Positions 43,694 to 57,057 of a stretch of 64,000 nt of DNA are shown here, piece after piece. The first letter of the stretch is position 1. Every line of letters starts with the position of its first letter. Source of the stretch: an uncultured Planctomycetaceae bacterium (GTDB lineage Bacteria > Planctomycetota > Planctomycetia > Pirellulales > PALSA-1355). The position numbers and the translations under genes are program-made. The DNA lies in NCBI GenBank assembly GCA_963785305.1, contig CAWAUV010000007.1:384001-448000 (forward strand), given 5' to 3'. The notes beneath the pieces were generated by a model that saw only the letters and a program-made list of their open reading frames with translations, was not told the origin of the DNA and ran no database searches.

Positions 43694-44963
43694 TCAATTG
43701 CGGCCCGGAGTCGCCTGCTCGGCCAGTTCCGCTTCGATCGAGAGCAGGCGGTTGTATTTCGACAAGCGTTCCGAGCGGGTCAGCGAGCCGGCTTTCGTGA
43801 AGTCGGCCGACCAGCCCACGGCCAAGTCGGCGAACCAATCATCTTCCGTGTCACCGCTGCGCACCGAAGCCGTGACGCTCCAGCCCGCGCCGCGCACGGC
43901 GCGGAGCGCTTCGAGCGCTTCGCTCAACGTGCCGATTTGATTCACCTTGAGCAAGAGCGAATTGCAGGCGCCGGAGTCGATCGCCCGGCGAATTCGCCCT
44001 GGATTCGTACACAGCAAGTCATCGCCCAGCACCGCGGCGCGTCCGGCGAGAGCCCGGTTCAATTCGGGCCAGTTCGCCCAATCGTCTTCGGCCAAGCCAT
44101 CTTCGATGCTGGCGATCGGATACCGCGCCACCCAGTCGACAATCCGCGCGATCATGACTTCCGACGTGATCGGCTCTCCGGCCAGATGGTAATGCCCGTC
44201 GCGATAAAACTGGCTCGACGCCACGTCGACCGCCAGCGAGACATCGGTTCCGGGCACGAAACCCGCGGAGCGAATGCACTCGACGGCGTCGGCAAATAGT
44301 CGCTCGGGATCGGCGACCGGCGGCGCGAGCCCGCCTTCGTCGGCCGTGAGCCAGCGCATATCATATTTGCGGCGAATCAAATGCACCGCTTCGAGATACA
44401 CGGCCCGGGCCATGACGAGGCCCTCGTCGATCGTGGCGGCGCGCGGCACGATGAGCACGTCTTGAATTGGCGCTTGCCAGCCGGCGTGCGCACCGCCGCT
44501 GAAGAGATTGATCGTCATCGTGGGCATGCGACGGATCGGCTGTCCCGCGAGCGACGCGAAATAGGCATAGAGCGGCGTTTCCGCTTCGGCCGCGCAGAGC
44601 GCGGGCAAAGGCGAGCGAGGTGGCCAGGAGCGCGTTGGCGCCAAGCTTCGACTTATCGGCGGTTCCATCGAGCTCGATCAAGGCGCGGTCGAGGGCGAAT
44701 TGACTGTCGAGATCGGCGCGTCCGGCGAGCGCGTGCGAAAGTTCGTGGCCGATGTGCGCCGCGGCGCGGCGGCATCCGCGGCCGGCGTAGCGCGCCGGGT
44801 CGCCGTCGCGCAGCTCCACGGCTTCGGCGCCGCCGGTCGATGCTCCACTGGGCACCGAGGCCGAGCCCATCGCGCCGCTGGCGAGCTCGCAGGTGGCGCG
44901 CACCGTCGGCCAGCCGCGACTGTCGAGAATCTCAAAACCATGAAGACGACGAATCGGTGTCAT
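43694..44963 (-). CDS. eno: Enolase homologue, divergent (frameshift near 44600)
   Basis: 'EILDSRG.PTV', 'VPSGASTG..EAVELRDGD', 'DEGG', 'SIEDG', 'GDDL', 'LLKVNQIGT' and 'RSERLSKYNRLL'. Confidence 0.85.
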
Positions 44964-46023
44964 GATGTCGGGCTATCGGGAAGTTTACGAAGAAAGGTCG
45001 CAATCAGATCGATCATTCCGAGCCTTGGCCCGGCGATCAACTGGAGCGTCGCCTGCCGCTGACGAACTCGCTCCTCGGCGGTGAGATATTCTAGCGGCGA
45101 GCGACCCGCCACGCGCGCGAGCAAGCAGCCGAGCGCATGCGCCACGGCCCGTTGTTCGAGATCCGTGTCCCAGGCCACTTGGCCCAGCGCGTGGCGATAA
45201 CTTCGCCAAAAAATGCCCGACGGCGCGAGCCAGCGCGGCGCGGCGCGTGGCCAGATGGTGCGCCTTGCCGAGCAAATGCGCCATGGCGAACCCCACATCG
45301 AATCCAGCGTCGCCCCAGTGCGCCACTTCATGGTCCAGCAACACCAGCTGGCTCTGGCGAACCAGCACATTCTTGGGGCTATAGTCGCCGTGCGCGAGCG
45401 TGTCGCGGCGACGGCGCGTCGTGTCGACCAGTTCGCGCAAAAAGTCGGCTGCCGCCGGAAGTCGTTCGGCGACAAACAGATAATACGGCTCGAGCCGGAG
45501 GGCGTCGAAAAACGAGATGTCGCCCAATTCGGCCGGCATTCGCGCGCGGGCCAGATAGGCTTCGCGGTGCATCGTGCCCAACAAACCGCCAAACTGCTCG
45601 CAATGCGCGTCCTCGGGCGCCCGGCTCAAGAGCATTGCTTTCCAATTCTCATGCGGCAGCGGCACGAATTCCAGCGCGAGCAAATATCGCGGCCGATCTT
45701 CGAACACCACGGGGCTCACGGCGCCGGCCGGCAGCAACTCCGTCAGCCACTTCGTGGCGAGCGCTTCGCGATGGATACGGGCCGGGTCGCAGCGCCATTC
45801 CGCTTGCGTGCGGAGTCGGGAGAGCGCCTGCTTGAGCACTAGGCGCCGGCCGCAGGGCCATTCGACCAGCACCGTGCGACCGGAAACGCCACCCGCGAGC
45901 GGGCGCGAGCGGAGCTCAAGCTCATCGGTGGCTTGGCCGATCGCGCAGATACGCGGCCAGTTCCCGGGGCCGCTCGATATCGAGAGTCGCGAGCGGCTCG
46001 CGCGAGGGAGGAGGCGTCGTCAT
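44960..46023 (-). CDS. Aminoglycoside-phosphotransferase/MTR-kinase-like small-molecule kinase (frameshifted)
   Basis: 'AGGVSG', 'VLKQAL..LR', 'LRLEPYY', 'HGDYSPKNVL' and 'LLDHE.AHWGD'; ATGA overlap with the enolase. Confidence 0.82.
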
Positions 46024-46044
46024 GAGGCGAGCTCGGCCAAGGGA

Positions 46045-49000
46045 TCAATCTTCGGCGGCAAGTTGGCGCCGCTCTCGCCACCACTTTGCCGCTCGCCATA
46101 TTCCGCCCGCGACGAAAATCGTCATTCCCAACACGCTGGGATATAGCATGAGCCACCAGAGCAACCCGATGGCCATGAGGCCCGAGGCGACCGAGATCGT
46201 GCGCCAGTGAACCCGCGCCATGAGCCACATGCCGGCGAACCCGGCCCCGGCCAGCGCCAGCGCGGCCAGTGCTCTTAGACTGCCATCATGCGCCGAGACG
46301 GCGTACTGCAAGTTCGCGCTGCCCGAGGGTCGCGGCCCGGCGACGGCGAAGATCGTGGGCACATCGGCGACATGCATCGCGGCGATGAGTTCGGCTGGAT
46401 CGCTGGTGATATCGGGTTCGGCGCGTCTCGTCGCGGGCGCGGCGCCCAGGCGTTCGGCGATGCTTGCTTGTTCGCGTTCGATCGCCCGCGCCTCGGCCTC
46501 TTGATCGATTGCTTTTCGGGCGCCGGCGCGAATTTGTTCCTGATGGATGCGTTCGCCGGATTGTTGGAGCCGATCTTGCCAGCGCGGATACCAGATCGCA
46601 ATTTCATCGGCCCGTTGATCGGCGGCGACTTCAGGAGCGACATCGAGCAGCGCGGCGGCGCTTTTCATGCGCCAGAGTTCGGCTTGGGCCACGTTCTGCG
46701 CGGCGGGGCCGCCGAGAATACGCGCGGGGCCAAGCGGCGCGGGGGCATGAATGGTCCACAGCGTGCGCTCGACCGGCAGGTCCATGATCTTGGGCGCTTC
46801 GATCCGAACGGCGCCGGTTTCGACCGAACCGGAAATCGTTCCCCGAAACACGACTTCCACTCGCTGCGGCAACTGGCGCGAGATAAAGGCAAGCCGCCAC
46901 TGATTGGCCGACGCCGGCTCGAGCGGCGCGGGAATGCCGCCCACGCTGGCGCTGAGCAGTTGCGAATGCGCGGGCGCTTCGAACAAACAGCCGCCCACGC
47001 CCGAGGGCTCGATATCAAACGCCGCCACGCCGTGGCATTGGCCATCGGTCTGCCAGGCCGCGCGGATGTCGGCCAAGCGCACCAGCGGCGAGCCGGCCAT
47101 GCGCTCGACGGATTTGAGCGCGGCCTGAAATCCCTCGCCCAACACCTGATAGGCCGCCACGGCGTCGAGCGCCGGCAGCCGTCCGGCGAATTCGCTGGGG
47201 AGTTCGGCTCCGCGCAGGCCGACCGTGTCCCATTCGACCTGCTGCAGTTCCAACTGCGTGGGCAATACGATATAGCGATCCAAATGTCCGATCCCGGGCG
47301 CGGTAATATCCGGCGCGCGCAAGCGGTCGACGCCGCTCGTCAGGCGCCCGCGGACGCGGAGCTTGAAGTGATCCTTGATCGCCGCCGCGGGATGGATGCG
47401 CAGTTGGCGGCGTTTTTCGCCGGGCAGGGGCGCTACTTCATGCGGCAGCGGCGGATCGAGTTGAAACGGCTCGCTCCACTGGGGCGGAATATCCAGGCGA
47501 ATCGTGTCCATGAGTCCACGCGACACATCGAGCACCAGATCGGCTTCCGCCATCCAGGCCTCGTTTTCGCGCTGCACGAACGTGACCAACGTTCCCCGCG
47601 TCTTCGGCAGATTCGGATGCAACTCGAGCGCCGCCGCCGGCGCCCGGCCATGCGCAAATAAGAACCCACGGGACTGCCGAACTCGGCGTTCGGGGCGCCA
47701 CATCGTCGCTCTCCAGCGTCAGATCGCGCAGATTTCTCAGCGACACCAGTTCTCCCGGGCCACGGTACACGCACACGCGGCTCTTCTTCACATCGGCCGC
47801 CGGTAGCCGCAGATAAGGCATCGGAATCACTCCATCGGCCGGCGCCGGCATCGTGCCCCGCAGCTCCAGTTGCTGCGCGCCGAAAGTTGGCTGTTCAGAA
47901 AAATCGTGATGCGACCCGAGCCGTCTTGCGACCAACGGGCCACGCGCTGAAGTCCATCCTCGAAAAGCGCCACCCGCTCGACCCGCAATCCGCGCGGTCC
48001 CTCGAGCGAAAGCTGAAAACTCGAAGCGGTGAGCGATTGCGAGGACACTTCCAACAGCGCCGTGATGCGTCCTTGCGCGATGCCGAGCGAAAGCGTTTGC
48101 TCCACCAGCGGTCGCAGTTCGCGCGGTCGCGTCGAGAGCATCAGCGGCGCCTCGGAGCGGGGCAGGCTGTAGGCGGCGCTCGGCCGCGAATCGCTCGGGC
48201 CCCAGGCCGTGGCGAAATCCGGCACCGCCAGCGGCTTCGCCTCGGCGGCAGGCTGCTCCTCGCACACCAGCGACGGATCGATCGACACCGCCATCCAACG
48301 TCGCGTCGTGCGCGCGTCGCTCACTTCCAATCGCGGCAGACGAATGTTGCCGATACCCGAGGCTCCGGCGAGCACGAAGCGTAGGTCGATCGTCGCGCCG
48401 TCCGCCAAAGGCCGGGCCAGTTCGAGATCGATCACTTGCGGATCGCCCGGCAGGACATGCGACTCGGCCACGATCGGCGACTCGGCGCTGCCTGGCAGCA
48501 GCCGCAACCGCGGATCGGCCATCAGTCGCACCTGGCGCACGCGGCCTTCGTTCACGCGCAGTCGTAGCCGGACATCGAGCGTGAGCGCGCCGGGGCGCAC
48601 ATGCAACCAGCACAGTTCCTCGGCCTCGACATTGTTCGCCGCGCCATCGGCCCCCGTGGCTTCCTGCCATCGGGCGGCGAAGCGCGCGGTAGGTCCCAAG
48701 TGGCCCGACATCATGCCCTGCTCGCGCGAAAAAGTGACTTCGCCCCGCGCACTCGAAACCTCAATGGTCGGGGCATCGACCGGGGCCGTCAGCTCGAACT
48801 CGGCCAGCGCCAGAGGCGGGATCGCCAGCTCGACTCCACCGGCGCGAGCAACGCTCGGCAGCAAGTTGATTTCCACGCGGTATTGCCCGGGATCGGTGAT
48901 CTGGAAACAGAGGGCCCCATGCGCGGCGTCCCACTCGACCGGAGTGGGCTCGCCATCGACGCGCACGCCGCCCTCGCCAAACGCGGCGCTCTCTCGATCG

Positions 49001-52000
49001 ATCGTCAGGCGAATCGTGGCGTTGGGCTCGAACACGTGTAGATCGAATAAACCCTTGAGCTCGTTGAGCGCCACGCGGCGCTGGGCGGCGTCGCGCGCGA
49101 GCACGCCGCGATAGTCGGCCCCCGCGAGCAGCCAAGCGCCCGGCCGGTTCGACGCCGCGTCGGCGGCGGCGTACATCTCGGCGTAGAGCCGTTCGGGAAT
49201 CGAATAATACTTGCCCGAGGCGAGCTGACCCGAATCGTCGACCGGCACGAACACGGTATAGGTCGGCGTGGCTCTTGAAGCCGGCTTCGCGCTCTCGCCC
49301 GTGTTTTTCGACGATTCACCGCCGGACGCCGGTTCGCCCCGGGCCGCCGCGTCGCCGCGCGGGTTCGCATTTTCCGCCGCCCACGCGCGAGCGCCCCAGA
49401 TTCCGGCCGCGAGCACCAGCGCGGCTCCGGCGATCCATTGCGGCCGAAGATCCTCGGCCACGGCGCCGATCGAGCCGGCGGGCGCCAAAAGCAGGGCAAG
49501 CCTTCCGGTGAATAGCAGCGCCAGATAAGCCAACACCGCCAGCAGCGAGGGCGCCAAGATCAAAGTCCAAGCGGCCGGCACGATCATCGCCAGCGCCGCG
49601 ATCAGGCCGGCCATTACCATCCAGGGCGCCGCCCGCTCCAATCGCAGCATGGCGCCGCCGGCCAAGATCAACACACAGAGAGTCCAACCGCATAGTTGCA
49701 TCGCCGCGGTGCGCACCAGCCGCACGCCGGGCGTTTGATGCCGCGACCACTGCACGCTCCAAGCGTTCCAGCCGCGCGAGCCGGTCAGGTCTTCGCGAAG
49801 CGCCGAGGGAACCGCCCACGGGGTTCGATCCAGCTTCGCGATCAAGCTCCAAGCGTCGAGACTGATGAATCTTCGCGATCGCCCCGCCGCCGCGGCGTTC
49901 ATTTCATCGGCAAGCGATCCGCTGGCCACGCCAGCATCCGCGAGACCCTCGAGGAAGCGCCACTGCTCGCGGCGCCGGGCCGCGCCGGCCGTGGTGGTGA
50001 GCAACAACTGGTCATCATGCACGAGGAGCATCAAATTCGCGGCTTCGAGCAGCGCTCGGCCCCGAGCCAATTCACGGACCTCGCTTCCGGCCGGCCGCGC
50101 GCTCGCGGCGCCCGTCGACACCGCGTCGTCGGGGCTCACGCCCAGGAGCGCCATGCTGGGTTCGTCGACAAGCAGTGTCCATCCGGAGCCGGGTTCGGCC
50201 GCCTTCCAGCGCGCTAACAATTGCCGCCACGTGATCGGTTCGCGAGCTTCCGCGGCGATCGCGCCTAGGGCGGCGATGGCCGTCGAGAGCCGACCGGTCG
50301 CCGCCGACCGGGTAGCGACCGGCTCAAGCCGATCGACCCAGCCTCGCCAGGAGTCGGTCGCCAGAGGGTCGAACCATCCTTCGCGCTCGCTTCGCCCCAG
50401 TGGACCGAAGAGCCGCTGGCTCCAGGTGAGGCTCGGCGCGGAGTCGCCTTGCCAAGGCGTGTCGCTCTCCAGGAGCGCATAGCCGGGCGGAGTCCACGCC
50501 ACCCAGTGTTGGTCGAGCACCGGAATATCGAAGGTCGGTAGCGGCGCGGCGACGGCGCCGGTCACCAGCGGCAGCGAGTCGAGCGTCGAATACAACAGCG
50601 CGATCGTGACAAACGCCTTGCCGGCCGGCAATTCGAGCCGCAACCCGGCGCCGTCCTCGATGGCGCTGGTGGCGCTTGGCGCTCGTCGATCCAAGCGCTT
50701 TCCAGCATGGCGCCGGGCGGCAGATCGCAACGCACGCCGCGACGCCCGGCCGACTGCACATCGAGCACCGCCAGATGGCTGGCCGGCCCGTTGACTCCAT
50801 AGCGCGAATCGAGCGAACAGTTCCAGGCCCACGCTCCGGCGAGTCGCTGCGCACCGAGGTTAGGGTAATCGCGAGCGCCGGCTCGGCGATCATCGCGTCG
50901 CGCGAGGGTTCATAGCGAAACGAGCCGCGAGCGGTTTGCAACCGATCATCGGGCAAGAGCTCCGGCGGAATCGGCTTGAGGCGTCGATTGTGAATCGCCA
51001 GGCCCGCGTCGCCGAGCGCGCGAATCGAAATCGAGCCTTGCTGGCTCGTGGCTTCGGGCATCGAGGCGAGCGCGAGCGTGAGACTGTTCGACGCCGGCGA
51101 TGATCGCACGGCCCGCAATTCGAAAGGTCCCGGCTGCGGAGCTCGAAACACCACTTCCCAGGTCTCTCCACCCGCTTGGCGAAGCGGATCTTGCGCGTCG
51201 CTCAACCGGTGGGCGGTGACTTGTCCCTCGGCGCCGGCCAGCGACCAATGCGGCGCTTGCTTGCGGCCTTGCGAAAAATGGACCAGCACCCGATCGACGC
51301 GCGATTCATGGGGCTCGCAACGAAAGCGAAAGCTCTCGCGCAGCAGTTTGTCCTCGACCGTCGCTTCGATCGCGATCTCGGCGCTGTAGGTCGGCCGGCG
51401 TCCCATCATCCAGACTTGCATCCGGCCCAGCGATTCATCGACCACATAGACCGGCCCGACCGGCTCGGCGGGAAACAGTCGCAACTGGGCCTGCTCGATC
51501 TTGGCCGACTCGCGCTGATTGACTTCATCGCCATGCAAGGCGTGTAAATCGTAGTTTTCGGGAGCATGCACCGTGAGGAGCTGCAGGCCATCGGTTCCGC
51601 GGAAACGCGCCATGAGCAACTCGACGCCCGAGAGCTTTTCGCCGATGGTCGTGGCCCGGTGCCCGCGCAGATTGAGCGTGACATTGCGCCGCGGAGAAAC
51701 GGCGTGTTTGAGCCGCACCAGCAGTTCTTGGGAATGGTCGGGCTGGGGCGTGATCGACCAATCCGACACGTTGTCGGCGTCGGACTCCACGGAGTCGATG
51801 AGCCACTTGCGGCCGATTTCGGCGCGAATCTGAAATCGTTCGCCCGCGCCGAGCTTGAGTTGGGCCACGGCCTGGGCCGTCATCTCCGCGGCGCTCATTT
51901 CCACCCAAGTTCCGGAATCGACCACCAGCGGCTGCTCGGGCTGATCGAGCATCACCTCGATCGAAGCGTCGGGGCCATAGCACTGGAGCGAAATCGTCTC

Positions 52001-53268
52001 GCCCGACGCCGAGCCGGCCGAGGGAATCATGCCGGTTTGACGGCAGCCCGTGAGCGTGAGCTGTTCGATCGACAGCGGTCTGGGGGCCACGATCTCGGCG
52101 GTTCCTTCTTGCCAAAACATGTCGTCGGGTCGCAACCGCGGCAGGCGCCGCTTTTCCCCCAGCGTCAGCGGCGCTTCGGCCGAAATGCGCAACACCCGCC
52201 CCGAGCCGAGAATCGGCTCGGGCAGGTCAAACGCCACCCGCGCCGGGCCGTCGTCGTCGCCCGAGACGAGCGACCATGGCACGCCGGCCTCGCCGATGCG
52301 AGCGGCCAGCACATGCAGTCCGGGATCGAGATCCACGAACAAGCGTTTGAGGGGCTCGTTATGAATATCGAGCCGCAAGGTTGCCGTGAGATCGACGCCG
52401 CGCTTCGTGAGCTCGTAACTCAGATTCTCGCGCAGGAGCGTGAGGCGGCGGCGTTCCTGGGCGGCGCCTTCGGCCAGCGCCCGAAAGCGGATTCTCGTTT
52501 CCCCGCCCACATCGATACTCCAGCGTCGAAAGCCCTTGGGTCCCGCGCCAGGCAGTTCATAGGCCACGCCATGATCGACCACCGCCGTCATTTTTTCGGG
52601 GAGGTCGCAAACCAGTCGCGAGCAGGTCGAGGGCGGCAACTCGAGGGCGAAGCTGATCGACCCGCCGGCGGTGCGATCGCCGCGCTGCGCCCAGTGGCCG
52701 CGCACATCGCCGGCGCGGTCGACGAACAAGCCCAGTCGTCCGTCGGGCCCGGCGCCGAGCAATGCCCGGTGGTCGGCGGCCGAGGCGTCGTTGGGTCGAG
52801 CGTCGTGTTTGTCATCGGTGGTCCAAGCGGCGCGTCGTGATCGCGAAGCTGCAAGGGTCCAAGGGCAAAAGCGCGGCTTGGGGATCGCGATGGTTCACGT
52901 TCCAGGTGAACGATCCTGAGAGCACGTCGTCGTCGCCGATGCGAGCTTCGTAGGTGGCGGCGATCAGTTGGGCCGCGGAAAACTTGCTTGCCTGCCCGCC
53001 GCCTTGGAGCAGTTTGACGAGGCGTTCGAACTCGGCTGCCTCGATCGGCAGATAGTGCTCCGTGCCCAGCGGCCAATCCGCCACGCGATCGGCCGGCACG
53101 AATACGCGGCGAAATTGAAACGGCGCCGTGCCCCGCGGAACCGATTTCGCCGCGACCTCGGGCAACTCGGCGCACGCCCGCGAGGCCAGCAGGCAAAGGC
53201 TGGCCAACAGCGCGAGGGCGACGCCTCGGCTTGTGGTCCATTCGCGGGCGCGAGATTCGAGGGTTCAT
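46045..53268 (-). CDS. Giant (~2400 aa) membrane-anchored beta-rich hypothetical protein; many frameshifts
   Basis: Consecutive minus-strand ORFs (52812-53207, 50324-52762, 47827-50832, 46045-47703) join with protein-like composition; signal peptide, internal TM cluster at ~49400-49700 and C-terminal TM helices. Confidence 0.65.
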
Positions 53269-56200
53269 GATTTCGCTTCCGTGCGCCGAGCACCAGGGGC
53301 ACGGTCGCGGTCGACATTTGCGAATTGCGCTGGACCGAGCGCGGCGCCAAGCTGCGTTCCATGACCGACGACCCCGCGCATCACCGGCGGCGAGGGCAAG
53401 GACTCGTGACGCACTCGGCTGGCCAACCAAACCGCGAGCAGCGCCAGCGCCAAACCCAAGACCGAAGCCTGCGCCACGAGAATCGTCGTCTCGGGCTCCG
53501 CGAGCGCTCCGGCGGCCAGCAGCACTCCCGCGACCAAGAGCACTCCGGGCCGCCGCGCGGCCGGAGCGTAAATCAACGCCAATCCCGCGAGCAGGGTCGC
53601 GAGCGAAGCCGCGAGCACGAGCCACGACCGGCGAATCGTCCAGACATCGAGTTCGACCTGCGGGCCCAGGCGGCTGAATAAATAGCGGTTCGCCGCGGCG
53701 CTTTCGGGTCGCCATCGCTTGCTTCCATCCAGTCGGGCGTGGCGCCGGTCCAAGCCTCGAGCTCCGGCTGTTCGCGCGTCGGCTGCGCGGCGCCAGCCCC
53801 AGCGGTCCCAAGCCCAAGAGAACTCGCGGGTGTAATGCGATGGCGAAAACAGCAAATGCTCTGCGCGGCGGCAAAATAAGCTGCCAGTAGAGCCGCCGCA
53901 CCCAAACCTCGGGGCCAAACTGCGCGGCGGTAAACCGCGCATGCGCGCCCCAATCCTTACGGGCGAAATGATATTTGAGCTCGAGCAAGTGCTCTCGCGA
54001 CGGGGCGCCGCTCGGCAAACGCACCGTCGAGGTTGTTGTCGCGATCGATGTCCGGCGGAAACGGTTGATTGTCGAGCCGGCCTTCGACCGTGGCCGGCGC
54101 CACTCCGGTCGGCATCATCAGTTTCGCCACCGGCGCGCTGGTGCTGAAGCGAAACACGACCCGCTCTTGCCGCAGTCCCTCGCTCAGCCAGGTTTGAATC
54201 CAACCACGATCCACGACGGTCGAGCCGGGGGACTGTCGTTCCTTGAGCGTGGCGGCGAGCGCGGCCTCGGGAACGAAGTCGTGGGCCACGAGCATCATTT
54301 GGCCCGGCTGCGTGGCGGAAAATCGTGGCTGGCCATCGATTGCCCAAGCGCCCTTGCGGAGGCTGACCGTGAGCCCTGGCTGGGCCGCGACCATCAATTG
54401 ATTATAGGCCGCGCGGCCATCGCGCGGCGTCACCAAGAGTAGCGAGATCGGCACGCTGGTGGCCGGCAGCAGCTTTTCTTGGGGGATCGAATACGCCACA
54501 TGCACCTCGAAGCGACCGATCCGCGCCGCGGGCAGGGCCACCCGTAGCGTCGAGAGGCGGTTATCGCCCTCGGCTTCGGTCGGGGCCACGGTCGCGGTGA
54601 GTCGGCCCCCGTCGAGCGTGATTCGCAATTTCTCGACATCGATCGTCGGCGGCGCCACGAGCGTGAGCTTATCGATCGGCTCGTAACCGACTTGATAGAT
54701 GAATCGCTGCTCGATCTGGATTTCGTTTTCGCCCACTTCGGCCTGACTTACCGACTCGATCGCCACGCTCTTGCCATGCACGCGAAAATCGCTCACGAAG
54801 CGAGCTGGGGCCGATTCGCACCGATACAGAAACGGCTCTTGCTGACGCTCCGGCAATTTCATCGAAGGCTTGAGCGTCTGGGCCGATAAACCGACCAACG
54901 CCGCGGTTTTGGGCGTGAGCTCCACATTGTCGTCGGGCAGCACCACCACCATCGCTTGGCCCACGGCCTCGGCCGTGGGCCGCGGAATCTCGAAGGAGAT
55001 CTGCCGCGCGTTTTTAGCCACCCCCAGCTCGGCCTCGATCAGAATCTCGAAATCGCCGCTCGTGGGCTGCGCCAATGGCACGCTCACCAGCCCCGCGTCG
55101 CCGTTTTTCACCGCGTCGACATTCACCAGTCCCGGCGGACCGATGTCTTCGACCTTCCAGCCGGACATATCGACATCGAGCGAGCGAACCTTGGCGCCTC
55201 GCACTTTATACCGCAGCTTGGCGCGTAGCTGAGCGCGCTCGGCGCCGACCAAGAGCACGTATTCCGGGTCGACGCTCACGCGCGTTTTTTGCGGAACGAC
55301 CCGCGCCGTGAGCGACGCGGGCTGGACAAAGTATTCAAAGCCCGCCATGAGATCGTCGCGGCGGAGCGATTCGGGGAGATCGTCCACCTGACGCACTCCC
55401 TGGCGGGCGCCCCACACGATCTGCCAGTTGCCCACCACTTGCACCGCGATGTGGCCCCACTGGCGCACCGCGCCCAGCACTTCGAAGCCGGCCAGCTCGA
55501 GCGATTCGCCGGCGCGGGTCACGTTGTAGGGCCGCTCGGTCACGAGGCGAACGTCGACCGGCCCCGCGGTCTTGCGGTCGAGCTGCACTTCGATCACCTT
55601 GCCGGCCGCCGCGTCGTCTTCGCCCGTCGGTTCGATCGGGGCGATCGTCACGCCGCTTTGCGCTGGCCCGACAAGCTCGGCCTCGGGCGGCAGCCGCACG
55701 CGAAAACGATCGAACGACCCCCCGAAGCTCCGCACCGTGAGTCGGGCCTCGGTATTGACGCTGCGTCCATCGATACGTGCGAGCATGGCGCCGGTGGATT
55801 CGAGCACCGTGGGCGCGGCGGCGGTGGGGCCAGCGGCGGCGTGCCAAGCGAGTGTCATTTCGCCGCCCACACCCAGCACGCTGAAGACGGTCTTGCCGGC
55901 GCCGGCCGAGGTCGCTTCCTCGAGTTCACCGCCATCGATCATGCGCGCCGCGGCGCCCTCGAGCGGCACGGTAAGCTTGAGCTGCGACATTGCCCCGCGC
56001 GGGCCGAGAGCTTGAGCCGAGATTCGCCGCCGGCTGTCGACAATGGCGCCAGCACGCGCAGCGACAACGATTGCGGCTGAGCCGGATCGGCCCGCAGCCA
56101 GCAGGTATACCCTTCGCGTTCGCCGTCGAAATGCACCACCGATTCGCCGCCGCCTTCATAATGAGCTGGCTCGCGCAGAACGGCGCTGCCGAACCGCAGC

Positions 56201-56691
56201 GGAATGCGCACCCACTGCGAATCGCCCAGCGTGATGCGAAGGTCGATTGTAAGTTCGGCCCGATCACCCTTGGCCTCGCCGGTGATCAGCATGCGATCGA
56301 TATTGAAACGCGGTTTTTGTTCCTGCTGGTCGAGGCGGTTCTTCAGTTTGTAGAGATCGATGAAATCCTCGAAGCTGAAGCCCGGCACCGCCTGCAAGTT
56401 GCCGTCTTTGTCCTTGAGGTAGAACAGCTTGGGCATCACCTCGCCGGCGAGCTCGGCCTTGCCCGGCGAGGCGGCGGCGTTCGCGGCGGGCTTGCCCGGG
56501 ACGCTCGGCGCGACGCCGATGCCCGCTCCACTTGGAGCACTGGCCGAGGGCGGGGCGCCGCGAACCGGTCGCGATTCTTGCGACGACGGCTCCGCGGCCC
56601 AAGCGGGACCGGCCAATAAGAACAACCCCGAGAGCAATCCGACAATCGCGAGGCCGGCAGTGGCAAGCCGGAAGACGCATTCCACGGTCAA
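53265..56691 (-). CDS. Large (~1130 aa) exported beta-rich protein with C-terminal TM helices; frameshifted
   Basis: Signal peptide ending 'AWAAE'; ORFs 55939-56691, 53957-55990 and 53265-54347 join; ATGA overlap with the giant gene. Confidence 0.7.
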
Positions 56692-57057
56692 GCATGGAAA
56701 ACGCCGATCGAAACCTCGGGCTGTCGCGTTGCATTTCGTTGGCCAGAGAGAGGAAAAGTAGCTTGTGGTCGCGCTCGATGGCGCGCACTACAGGGGCCGC
56801 AAAACCGGGCCCGCGCTGGGTCGAGCGGCGATATTCCGAAGGGTCCGGCGTCGCCAAACGCGGCCAGGATGGGGATGAAACGGGGCGACGCCGTAAACTC
56901 CAGTTTACTTGAACACCGCCGCCATACAACGCATTTGTAATGCCCGACATGCGACCACGAGCCGAAAAATCAAGCTTTTCTCATATCGCTTCTGATATCG
57001 GCCGGCGTGGAACGAAGCGCGTCGACGGCGGAGCCGAGCGACACCCCCCCGGCACTT

